From IMG/VR virus record IMGVR_UViG_3300034061_003767: a stretch of 64,000 nucleotides of DNA, one strand, 5' to 3'. A program made the translations under genes and the position numbers. The DNA comes from an uncultured virus (IMG/VR IMGVR_UViG_3300034061_003767) (lineage: Duplodnaviria; Heunggongvirae; Uroviricota; Caudoviricetes). A model generated the notes under the pieces. It was not told the origin of the DNA. It searched no databases and saw only the letters and a program-made list of their open reading frames with translations. This document shows, one piece after another, positions 1 through 8,120 of the stretch (position 1 is the first letter of the stretch; every line of letters starts with the position of its first letter).

Positions 1-645
1 TCGTATTAGTCCTACCCAGCTACTTTTTCCGTCTTCTATTCTTTTTATTCGTTGTTCTCTAGTAGCTTTTAAATCTTTTCCTATTTTTTGTTGTTCTCCT
101 AAAAGTTTAGAATATTCGTTAGTATAACTACTAATACTATTTCTAGCAAAACTTAATTGGGTTTCTAGATTAGCTAGTCGTGGAATATCTCTTTGATCTT
201 CGGGTTTTTCATATTCTTTATCTACTAATTTTTGCAGTTTTTCCGTTTCCGATATGTGTCTTTTTCGCTCTTTCATACTACGATTAATTAGAATATCTAT
301 AGTAATAAATTGTTTAATTTGAATTTCTTCAGCGGGTAAAACATCCTCTCTAAATTGTTTAATTAATCCTATCCAAATACTTTCAAAATATTCTAGTTCG
401 CCGCTTTCTTCATCGAATTGGCGCTCTATTTCGTACCAAAAACTTTTACTATGTAGTTTTCTTAAAAGAACTTCATTTTCACTTTTTTCTTCTGTAGAAA
501 ATAATCTATTTTCATCAATATATCTATTGATAGGGTCTATATTTCTATTTAAACTATTAGCAATTTGTTCTATGCTTAGTTGACCAATGCTATCTCGTAT
601 GAATTTTTCTTCGTCTAAGCTTAATTGTCCGCGTTTTTTTGCCAT
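1..645 (-). CDS. Hypothetical protein, N-terminal HTH-like segment plus coiled coil (partial, runs off window)
   Basis: Open frame from ATG at 645 (MAKKRGQLSLDEEKFIRDSIGQLSIEQIANSLNR...) to position 1 with no stop; overlaps end of the sigma gene. Confidence 0.8.
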   Translation of the reverse strand, partial: MAKKRGQLSLDEEKFIRDSIGQLSIEQIANSLNRNIDPINRYIDENRLFSTEEKSENEVLLRKLHSKSFWYEIERQFDEESGELEYFESIWIGLIKQFREDVLPAEEIQIKQFITIDILINRSMKERKRHISETEKLQKLVDKEYEKPEDQRDIPRLANLETQLSFARNSISSYTNEYSKLLGEQQKIGKDLKATREQRIKRIEDGKSSWVGLIR

Positions 646-1238
646 AAAATTTCTCTTATATGACTTAGTAATCTATCTTTGTCGCTTTTGGGTACTTTAC
701 TGCCATTTTTAAGTTTGAGATAAATTAGCCGAAATTCCCCATTAAGATTTTCATCTAGTATTTTTAGTATTTCTATATTTTCTAAAGAATTAGTTCTATG
801 ATCTAGAAAAATATTACTATAATCTTTAGTTTCTTCTAGAGTGGTAAGATGCATCAAATTCTTTTTATTTTCGTTTCTTTTGCTCCATGTTTCGTATAGA
901 TCACAATCATATTTGTTACTATATTTTGTGCAGAGAGAATTTTTCTTGTCGAAAAGAGGACAAGAGTAACAGGGTTTGTCGGGCCTTTGATAGTTATCTC
1001 TTTTGTAATTAAAAAGTCGATTGCGAACGTGGGTCCAAAGAAAGTTTTCTAGGGGCCTTTTGTGATCATAATTTTTTAACCCTTCCAAAGCAAAAATGCT
1101 TATCTGTTGCTTCATATCTTCTATATCATGATAGCCAAATTTAAATTTGTAGGCTAATTTTTTAGTAATAATATCTATAACTTTTAATAGTTCGTTTTCA
1201 TCAATCTGGGGATTCGGTCTTTTTTTCTTCTTTTTCAT
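621..1238 (-). CDS. Phage RNA polymerase sigma70/ECF-like factor with Cys-rich insertion
   Basis: Region-2-like DIEDMKQQISIFALEGLKNYD...FLWTHVRNRLFNYKR; CxxC-x9-C-x9-C insert; short region-4-like C-terminus. Confidence 0.7.
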   Translation of the reverse strand: MKKKKKRPNPQIDENELLKVIDIITKKLAYKFKFGYHDIEDMKQQISIFALEGLKNYDHKRPLENFLWTHVRNRLFNYKRDNYQRPDKPCYSCPLFDKKNSLCTKYSNKYDCDLYETWSKRNENKKNLMHLTTLEETKDYSNIFLDHRTNSLENIEILKILDENLNGEFRLIYLKLKNGSKVPKSDKDRLLSHIREILWQKNADN

Positions 1239-1353
1239 TAAGAATTTCGCCTAGAGTTTTTTGGGGATCTTCAACATTAAGGTCTTGTGAAATGTCCAAA
1301 TGTGAACTAGCAACTACTTTTAGCTCGCTCGGAATAATATTCTCAATTTTCAT
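1201..1353 (-). CDS. Small hypothetical protein (50 aa, MKIENIIPSELK...)
   Basis: Read manually; AAGGA RBS upstream; overlaps sigma gene start. Confidence 0.5.
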   Translation of the reverse strand: MKIENIIPSELKVVASSHLDISQDLNVEDPQKTLGEILNEKEEKKTESPD

Positions 1354-1434
1354 AATTTGTCCTTGCGTTAAGTGAACAATGTTGTACTATATAATAAGTT
1401 ATTAGTACACTTTTGTCAAAAAGGAACAACTATT

Positions 1435-1659
1435 ATGGGTAATTATAAAAAGTGGAGTGATGCAGAGTTGGGGTTTGTTAGGGATAATATTGAAGTTTTG
1501 AGTGATAGTGAATTGGCCAATAAGCTGAAAGATATGACGGGTGAAAATATTACTACGGGAATGGTAAGACGTCAAAGACGCAAGTTGGGTATTGCTAAAG
1601 CTCGTGGTCGTAGAAAAAAGATCAAAGATACTGCTCCACAGTTACATTCAGAAACCTGA
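1435..1659 (+). CDS. Small HTH (Myb/GcrA-like) DNA-binding protein with basic tail
   Basis: WSDAELGFVRDN...SDSELANKL...VRRQRRKLGI; AAGGA RBS. Confidence 0.6.
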   Translation: MGNYKKWSDAELGFVRDNIEVLSDSELANKLKDMTGENITTGMVRRQRRKLGIAKARGRRKKIKDTAPQLHSET

Positions 1660-1687
1660 AACAATAATTGTATTCGGTATTCTAAAG

Positions 1688-1717
1688 AAGCATCAGATTC
1701 GTCTGGTGCTTTTTTTT
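1688..1717 (+). terminator. Intrinsic terminator
   Basis: AAGCATCAGA-TTCG-TCTGGTGCTT followed by T-run. Confidence 0.8.
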
Positions 1718-1934
1718 GTTTGGTTATGGGGCTAATAAGAAGGTTTAGGTAATACATTTTAGTTATGAGGGGCTTATTGAGTTTGGACCACCGCCGCGTT
1801 TTGGGGGTTATACCCCCCATTGGTGGCAAAACAGAAAAACCCCCCATAGGTGGGGAAAGGCTATAGCAAATCCTGTGCCAAAAACTCGAAAACTTACAAT
1901 GTCGATAGAATATGGTTTCGACTATTTTTTTTAG

Positions 1935-1962
1935 TTGACAATGCCGATACTAAATGTAGGAT
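1935..1962 (+). promoter_or_regulatory. sigma70-type promoter, first of about 40 similar ones (e.g. 2911, 3109, 3842, 4875, 6124, 6739, 8087, 8559, 8916, 10550, 11891, 12517, 14591, 15588, 23672, 24129, 36364, 38034, 38868, 45576, 48200)
   Basis: TTGACA-N16-TAGGAT/TAGAAT/TATAAT/TATACT, often with GCCGATA in the spacer, upstream of RBS and ORF or RNA gene. Confidence 0.85.
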
Positions 1963-2004
1963 AGTGGCATGATTACGATGGAAACCCACAATGGAGATAG
2001 TAAG

Positions 2005-2262
2005 ATGCAAACGAATGGTGCGGTTATCACTGGACGCTACATGATCGCAAGCCGCAGGGATGGTCGCGTTTTTAGTGGCATGGTCGAGTCGGTCAAGGCT
2101 CTAGACAAGGGTACGCTTGTGGTGCTAACGTGGTTTTCCCACGACGAAGAAAACTATGGTCACAAGTATCGTTCGTTTTATCTTGACAGCCTCACCGGCT
2201 GGGAAATGTATCTTGATGGCGAAGAGTACGATTGTGCGATTGCTTGCATGGTCGAGGCATAG
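2005..2262 (+). CDS. Small beta-barrel (WYL/Sm/SH3-like) protein, paralog family member
   Basis: GGAG RBS; GRVFSGMVESV...KGTLVVL...YRSFYLD motif shared with 3157 and 3890 ORFs. Confidence 0.65.
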   Translation: MQTNGAVITGRYMIASRRDGRVFSGMVESVKALDKGTLVVLTWFSHDEENYGHKYRSFYLDSLTGWEMYLDGEEYDCAIACMVEA

Positions 2263-2325
2263 ACTGGCCGATATAGGGGTATCTTACATCCTCCCCCCTA
2301 TGGGGGATAACCTAGGAAAAATAAA

Positions 2326-2514
2326 ATGAACAATCTTGATAAGATTTTCGGTGCTATGCGAACTGGCAAGTATGGTACGATTGTTGACCCGAAGGGCAAG
2401 GTATACGTCGGGATTATTAATAGCATCATGAGGGAAGATGGTAGCGGTCGCAACTGGATTGTAACCGTCACGAATCTGACCACGACCGACAAGATTTTCA
2501 TTCACGCTAACTGA
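2326..2514 (+). CDS. Hypothetical protein (small, beta-rich)
   Basis: AGGA RBS, ORF track. Confidence 0.7.
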   Translation: MNNLDKIFGAMRTGKYGTIVDPKGKVYVGIINSIMREDGSGRNWIVTVTNLTTTDKIFIHAN

Positions 2515-2527
2515 AAAGGATAGAAAA

Positions 2528-2689
2528 ATGAGCGATTTTGAGCGGATTATCGCGGATAGCATGATCGACGAGGATGGGCAAGAGTGGACGGTTGGGTATT
2601 TTGGGGTGGATCTGGATGATGAGGAAGAATACATCGACCACGAGGAAGACGCAGACTGGGACGTTTATGGGGAAGAGGAGTTTGCATAA
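2528..2689 (+). CDS. Small highly acidic protein (53 aa)
   Basis: Read manually: MSDFERIIADSMIDEDGQEW...DDEEEYIDHEEDADWDVYGEEEFA; AAGGA RBS. Confidence 0.7.
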   Translation: MSDFERIIADSMIDEDGQEWTVGYFGVDLDDEEEYIDHEEDADWDVYGEEEFA

Positions 2690-2964
2690 CCCCCCGATGG
2701 TAGGGATAACCACACTCTCCCCCACATGGGGGATTGTACCACCCAAACTGGGCCGTTAGAACCTGCCAAAACGGCATACAAGGCAGACTGCCAAAATGGC
2801 AGAAATCGCGCGAAATCTGCCAAAATGGCAGCCACCAGCAAATATCGTGCCAAACTGCCCCCAGCAAATATCATGCCAAATGAAAATCTTTTTTTCTCTA
2901 TTTCTTTTTTTTGACAATGCCGATATAGAATGTAGGATAAGTGAAAAGGAAAAGGAGATTGAAA

Positions 2965-3099
2965 ATGTTTGACGATGCCGAATATATCTCGCAGTGCTGC
3001 GGTTGCCCGGTTGACGTACCTTGCCCAAGCGATCCGGTCGATGATATCGTCGTGATTTGCCCAGATTGTCAAGAATGGACGTCGATTGAAATCGAGTGA
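2965..3099 (+). CDS. Small Zn-ribbon protein (44 aa)
   Basis: SQCCGCP...ICPDCQEW; AAGGAG RBS; own promoter at 2911. Confidence 0.7.
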   Translation: MFDDAEYISQCCGCPVDVPCPSDPVDDIVVICPDCQEWTSIEIE

Positions 3100-3156
3100 T
3101 TTTTTTTGTTGACAATATCGATACTAAATGTAGGATAGCAGTATCACAAGGGAGAA

Positions 3157-3405
3157 ATGCAAATGGAAAGCCGTTGCGACAAGTTTGGTACGGTTCAGGT
3201 GAACAAGGGTTTCGAGTGTGTCAAGCATAACGGCAAGGGTTATGCTGGAAATATCGTCAAGGTGTCGGCTCACCCTAGGGGTACACTTGTCACGATTGAA
3301 TGGTATCTCCCGCGTGATCCTAGTCCCACCTATCGGTCGGTCTATCTCGAAGAGTGTGAAGTGTGGTGGACTCACACTTATAACCGCGAAGTTATCACCC
3401 ATTGA
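3157..3405 (+). CDS. Small beta-barrel protein, paralog of 3890-4150
   Basis: KFGTVQV..FEC.K.NGK.YAG.IVKVS....GTLVTI shared; promoter 3109. Confidence 0.8.
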   Translation: MQMESRCDKFGTVQVNKGFECVKHNGKGYAGNIVKVSAHPRGTLVTIEWYLPRDPSPTYRSVYLEECEVWWTHTYNREVITH

Positions 3406-3424
3406 ACGAAAAGGAAAGCAAACG

Positions 3425-3607
3425 ATGAATGATGAAATCCGAAATCTGGCAAACGCTCTCGGCCTTGTGGTCGCATCGGTATGGAATGGATACACTCGAC
3501 GATGGATTGTGAGCGAACGTGACGCATACTACCCCCTCTATACTACTACCGATTATGCTACGCTGATCGAAGGATTGAAGAATGGAGGACGATTCCCCCC
3601 ATTGTAG
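3425..3607 (+). CDS. Hypothetical protein
   Basis: AAGGA RBS before ATG 3425 (MNDEIRNLAN...). Confidence 0.6.
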   Translation: MNDEIRNLANALGLVVASVWNGYTRRWIVSERDAYYPLYTTTDYATLIEGLKNGGRFPPL

Positions 3608-3889
3608 GGAATACCCCCCTCCGAAGTAGGGTGGGCTACAATACCCCCCTTATGGGGGTTGTCTCAGCCGAGCCTCTCGGCTTACAATAATGACAGTCAG
3701 CCAGTGAGACTGCCAAAATGGCAGGCGCCGCGCGCTTTCTGCCAAAATGGCAGGCAGAGCAAATCTTGTGCCAAACGCCCACCAGCAAATATCATGCCAA
3801 ACAAAAAATATTTTTCCACAATCTTTTCCTCTTTTTTTTTGTTGACAATGCCGATACCTAATGTATAATCGAGGTATAACCAAGAGGAA

Positions 3890-4150
3890 ATGAAAATGAG
3901 TAAGTTTGGAACGGTTCAGGTTGGATACGATTTCGAGTGCCTGAAGAATAACGGTAAGCGGTATGCCGGTGAGATTGTCAAGGTTTCATCGTATGCTAAG
4001 GGTACGCTGGTCACGATTCGATATTATGAGTCAGATGCCTACAAAAACTCGTATGGGGAGTGGGTCGAGGGTTTTAGTCCAGTTCACAAGTCGATATATC
4101 TTGAAGATTGTGCCGAATGGTACACTGAGGAGCCAGCCCCCCAATACTAG
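3890..4150 (+). CDS. Small beta-barrel protein, paralog of 3157-3405
   Basis: Clear sequence similarity; promoter 3842; GAGG RBS. Confidence 0.8.
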   Translation: MKMSKFGTVQVGYDFECLKNNGKRYAGEIVKVSSYAKGTLVTIRYYESDAYKNSYGEWVEGFSPVHKSIYLEDCAEWYTEEPAPQY

Positions 4151-4189
4151 GGGGTTGTGCAGTTTGGTAGGATCAAGTCAGAAAGGAAA

Positions 4190-4390
4190 ATGGTCATGTT
4201 CATCATTATGAAACGTTCGCGAGCATATGAGGGGGCCACACCCCTCGACGCCTACAGTGTTCCCGAAACGTGTGCCTGTGCTGGTGTTGAACCCGGCAAG
4301 GTATACAATAGTCGGGAGTCTGCCCAAGTTGATGCCGACAAGTTGAGCCGGTACAATCCTATCGGGTTTGTTGTGGTTTCCTGTAAATAA
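4190..4390 (+). CDS. Hypothetical protein
   Basis: AAGGA RBS, ORF track. Confidence 0.6.
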   Translation: MVMFIIMKRSRAYEGATPLDAYSVPETCACAGVEPGKVYNSRESAQVDADKLSRYNPIGFVVVSCK

Positions 4391-4418
4391 GTTTTTCTCA
4401 CCACTAAGGGTATCAAAA

Positions 4419-4736
4419 ATGTTTCCGATTATTGAAAAAGCCAAGCGTCAAGCCTACCTTTGCTTCGTGGGTCTGGCTATCCCCTGCGACAAGTCTACGG
4501 CCGATGGCGGTATGATTCGGTCTGAAAAGGTTCTGAAGTTCAATCGGTCTGCTATGCGTGATAGTGTCAACGTCAAGGCCGAAAAGGTTGACCCCCGAAT
4601 GAGTGGGGGTGAGGATACGATGATTGTTAAGGTGGGCAAGCCGGGTAGTCGGGAGAGGGTAGAGGCTTTCCGGTCACAATATGACGCTATCGCCGCTATG
4701 GGCGAGGAAGTATCCCCCTTCGCTTGGGAGGGGTGA
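4419..4736 (+). CDS. Hypothetical protein
   Basis: ORF track (internal ATG, MFPIIEKAKR). Confidence 0.65.
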   Translation: MFPIIEKAKRQAYLCFVGLAIPCDKSTADGGMIRSEKVLKFNRSAMRDSVNVKAEKVDPRMSGGEDTMIVKVGKPGSRERVEAFRSQYDAIAAMGEEVSPFAWEG

Positions 4737-4932
4737 CCCACCCACGAGAGGGGTTCTGTCAAGTTGGCAGCCTTGACTGCCAAAATGGCAGAAATCGCGC
4801 GAAATCTGCCAAAATGGCAGCCACCAGCAAATATCGTGCCAAAAGCCAAAATATTATTTTGCTATTTTTTTTGTTTGACATTCAAGGTATGGCTGGTAGA
4901 ATACCGATATACCTAGCAGAGAGGAAAAGAAA

Positions 4933-5148
4933 ATGATCGAAAACAAAATCAAAGATGCACTGACTCAGATTTGGGGAAGCGAGTCTCACAACGTAACTTT
5001 TCTGGCAACCCCCGATGGTCGGCTGTACGCTGAGTGTGAGTCTACTATGGATCGTCGCCGGTTGACTGATAGTAACTATCGTGAGATTCTGAACGATATG
5101 TTTTATATTTACTGTCTGGAAAATGCCGCTTGGATGGGGGTTTCATAG
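4933..5148 (+). CDS. Hypothetical protein
   Basis: Promoter 4875, GAGG RBS. Confidence 0.7.
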   Translation: MIENKIKDALTQIWGSESHNVTFLATPDGRLYAECESTMDRRRLTDSNYREILNDMFYIYCLENAAWMGVS

Positions 5149-5319
5149 TCCCCCTGTTGTGGGGGTTGATTTGTCTTATCCGATCCTATCGGATTGGCAA
5201 GGTGGGCTATAGTCAGCCAAAATGAGGGCCTAATGGAAATCGTGAGTTTGGTATTGACATTGTGGATATCGGGTGGTATGATTCTTAGTGTGGTTTGGTT
5301 GCTCTCTTTGGAGTAAAAA

Positions 5320-5535
5320 ATGGATTACCAGAAAATCTATAAGTTTGATAATGGTTATGGGGCTAGTGTGGTTTGTAACTTTGGAACCTATGGGGCCAAA
5401 GATGGTCTTTTCGAGGTTGCCGTTCTTGACAGTAACGGAGAGATTGCATACAATACGCCCGTTGCTAGTGACGTTATCGGCTGGCTTGACTTTGCAGACG
5501 TTGCGGATATTCTGAATAAGATTAAGGCTCTCTAA
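5320..5535 (+). CDS. Phage hypothetical protein (FDNGYGASVV family)
   Basis: KFDNGYGASVV...GLFEVAVL...DVIGWL motif typical of small phage proteins; GGAG RBS. Confidence 0.75.
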   Translation: MDYQKIYKFDNGYGASVVCNFGTYGAKDGLFEVAVLDSNGEIAYNTPVASDVIGWLDFADVADILNKIKAL

Positions 5536-5550
5536 TCTAAGGAAAATAAA

Positions 5551-5853
5551 ATGACTTACGCCGAAGCGGTTTCTATGGTGCAAGGTAAAACCAATCGTAA
5601 GACTCGAAAGATTGGTAATAATACCTATGCGGAAATCGAGTATGATAACAGTGTTTCTATTCGGTTGCATGGTACATCGGTTGTAAGGTTTTATCCTAAT
5701 GGGCTGGTGAAGTTGAATAGTGGCGGGTGGCGAACCAGCACCACAAAAGATAGAATCAACAAGTATAGCCCCGTGAGTGTTTACCAAAAAAACTTTGAGT
5801 GGTTTTTGCGTGATCATACTCCGTTTGAAGATAATATCTTGGTTCGTAACTAA
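5551..5853 (+). CDS. Phage hypothetical protein
   Basis: LNSGGWRTSTTKDRIN motif; AAGGA RBS. Confidence 0.75.
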   Translation: MTYAEAVSMVQGKTNRKTRKIGNNTYAEIEYDNSVSIRLHGTSVVRFYPNGLVKLNSGGWRTSTTKDRINKYSPVSVYQKNFEWFLRDHTPFEDNILVRN

Positions 5854-6180
5854 AGAAAGGGGCTAGGGATGGCCGATTATATTAACTGGTATGTATTCTT
5901 TGCTGGATTTACTATTGGTGGTGCTTGTGTTTATAGTATTTGTGAACTACTTTTTCCTTTGAGTAAAAAAGATGAATAAGGCGGATTATATTCTGTTGAG
6001 TTTCTCTTTTGTGATGGGCTGCGTTCTTACCTATCTTCTCAACTAAAACAAGGGCTGCCAATATGGCAGTTTCCGCGGCCGAGCTGCCAAAATGGCAGAG
6101 ATTATTTTTGTGGATTTTTTTAGTTGACAAACCGATATCTAATGGTAGAATCAGCGTATCACCCCAACGGAGAAACGACG

Positions 6181-6369
6181 ATGAATCAGTTTCCTCGGAT
6201 GATGGCTCTTCTGGACGATACGGACACGATCAATGCTCTTCTGGCTCAACTGGTTGATGATGGATCAGTCGAGCCGATTGATGATCCTAATAACCTGACC
6301 GACTTTTGGGATTGGGCCGAAGTGGTCGGGATTGTGGATGAGTTTGCCCCTATTGACAGCATGGTTTGA
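6181..6369 (+). CDS. Small acidic hypothetical protein
   Basis: Promoter 6124, GGAG RBS. Confidence 0.7.
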   Translation: MNQFPRMMALLDDTDTINALLAQLVDDGSVEPIDDPNNLTDFWDWAEVVGIVDEFAPIDSMV

Positions 6370-6390
6370 TTAGTGTAAAAAGGATAAGTC

Positions 6391-6657
6391 ATGAGCCACC
6401 CCGATCCCCTTTACGATAAGGAAAACACGATGAGCCAGGATTCTTTTGACCGTTTCGATGATATGGCCGAGCGTACCATTTATCCGTGGATTGACGATGA
6501 GTCGCACGACAGCGACGATGCTAACTACGATGACCATGATGACTTTTTCGATGAGGATGATTACGACGATAGCATGGACGGAGATCATGATTCCGCGATG
6601 GAATCGGCGGGTTGGGGAACCGACGAGGACTACGGATACTACGGAGACGATTATTGA
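6391..6657 (+). CDS. Highly acidic Asp-rich protein
   Basis: DDHDDFFDEDDYDDSMDGDHDSAMESAGWGTDEDYG. Confidence 0.75.
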   Translation: MSHPDPLYDKENTMSQDSFDRFDDMAERTIYPWIDDESHDSDDANYDDHDDFFDEDDYDDSMDGDHDSAMESAGWGTDEDYGYYGDDY

Positions 6658-6793
6658 GCAAAACCCCGATCTGCCAAAATGGCAGCGGGGCCGCGATTTC
6701 TGCCAAAATGGCATACAAAGATTTTCTTATTTTTTTTCTTGACAGTGCCGATCTATATGGTATCCTTAGAGCATCACCCCAAAGGAAACGATA

Positions 6794-7129
6794 ATGACCT
6801 ACAACGGCTATTCTAACTACGAAACGTGGGCTGTTCAGTTGTGGATCGACAATAGTGAATCGTCCAGTGCGTTCTGGCATCGGCTTGCGGAAGAGATTTA
6901 TAATCACGCAGCATCCGAACAGGCTCATTTTAGCAAGGTCGAGGATGCTACTTGTATTCTGGCCGAAAAACTCCGCGATAGTTACAACGGCGGAATGGAA
7001 GCGCTTTTGAGTGATGGTAACGCAACCGGAACAGTTTGGGCCGATTTGCTGAACGCTAGTGTTTGTGCTGTTAACTTCCATGAGATTGCCAAGAATCTGA
7101 TGGAAAGTGTTGTAGCAGTTCCTGCTTGA
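6794..7129 (+). CDS. Phage hypothetical protein (YNGYSNYETW family)
   Basis: N-terminal YNGxxNYETW motif, C-terminal VNFHEIA; promoter 6739. Confidence 0.8.
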   Translation: MTYNGYSNYETWAVQLWIDNSESSSAFWHRLAEEIYNHAASEQAHFSKVEDATCILAEKLRDSYNGGMEALLSDGNATGTVWADLLNASVCAVNFHEIAKNLMESVVAVPA

Positions 7130-7193
7130 CAAACGATTTTCTTGTGGTATGCTAGTTTTATTGAGTGAAGGATTTCTAAACGAAAGGGTTTTT

Positions 7194-7601
7194 ATGAACG
7201 ACACGATTCTTTTTGGTTTGATTTTTGCTGGTGTGGCCGCTGCTATTTGTGCGTTTTCGTGGTTTCATGTTTATCGTGGAGTGCATGATAGTCTTACGAA
7301 TGCTAAGGTTGGTCAGGTTTATAACTTTAAGTATTTGCAGCCTGTGACTGATGTGCCTGAGCGTTTTATGGCTAGGGTGGTTGGTGTTCAAACTTTTACT
7401 GAGGATTATCTTAGTCGTTTGAATAGTAAGAGTCGTTATCGTCGGAATGATCCTGAGTTTCAGCGTAGTAAGCATCTTGTGACCGCTCAAACTTTTGATG
7501 GTAAGATTAGGAACTTTTATGCTGAGCGAACCACGGATGTTCGTCGCCCCCTGTTGGGAGGGGTACTCTTTAAGAGTGGAATGGCGAGCCTCTTCTTTTA
7601 G
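7194..7601 (+). CDS. Membrane-anchored protein with WYL/SH3-like domain
   Basis: N-terminal TM helix; GQVYNFKY...HLVTAQTFDGKIRNFYAER. Confidence 0.6.
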   Translation: MNDTILFGLIFAGVAAAICAFSWFHVYRGVHDSLTNAKVGQVYNFKYLQPVTDVPERFMARVVGVQTFTEDYLSRLNSKSRYRRNDPEFQRSKHLVTAQTFDGKIRNFYAERTTDVRRPLLGGVLFKSGMASLFF

Positions 7602-7854
7602 GAGGTTCCTCGTCTGCCAAAGTGGCAGGCGGGCCGCGAAAACTGCCAAAATGGCAAGATATTTTCTCACTTGACAACCTTCTAACAGCCGATACAATAA
7701 GCGTATGATTACATCAAACTGCTACTCTTGGAAAGTTTTTCGTTTTAGCCATACATTTGTTGGTTATGTTATGGCTAGTTCTCAATATGAAGCCAATATT
7801 CTTGCAAAAGAAAAGTATGGCGATTTCGTTTGGATTGAACGAGTTCGCTAGTCT

Positions 7855-7926
7855 GGCCCCGTAGTATAGTGGTTAGTACACTGGGCTTTCATCCCAGAGA
7901 CTGGAGTTCGATTCTCCACGGGGCTA
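7855..7926 (+). tRNA. trnE: tRNA-Glu(TTC)
   Basis: Cloverleaf GGCCCCG/CGGGGCT; anticodon arm CTGGG-CT TTC AT-CCCAG; T-loop TTCGATT. Confidence 0.95.
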
Positions 7927-7927
7927 C

Positions 7928-8017
7928 TAGAGAGAACAGGAATCGTAAACCCGCCACTCTCAAAATCCAATGAGTCCAACCAAAGGATTTGTGGCTATGG
8001 CTACCCTGTCTCTTCTA
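7928..8017 (+). ncRNA. Putative structured small RNA
   Basis: AGAG(A)ACAGG/CCTGTCTCT outer stem, GCCAC/GTGGC, two inner hairpins; no ORF. Confidence 0.5.
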
Positions 8018-8120
8018 ATCCTTCGGATTTGGTTAGCGTGGTGTAGTCAGCGAGAAGCACAAAAAATATTTTTTCAAGAAACCCTCTTGACAAGCCGATA
8101 ATAGATAGTACAATGATTGA

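Larger units (their letters stand above)
1865..4842 (-). promoter_or_regulatory. Six sigma54-type -24/-12 motifs (TTGGCAYRNNATTTGCT) at 1865-1881, 2837-2853, 2863-2879, 3758-3774, 3784-3800, 4826-4842
   Basis: Reverse complements match the YTGGCACG-N4-TTGCW consensus with exact GG/GC spacing. Confidence 0.7.

Noticed and set aside
2547..7697. ORFs containing LPKWQ, CQNG or AILA repeats (e.g. 2726-2914, 3659-3868, 4454-4849, 6521-7204)
   Set aside because: Translations of the palindromic DNA repeats or antisense shadows of real + strand genes
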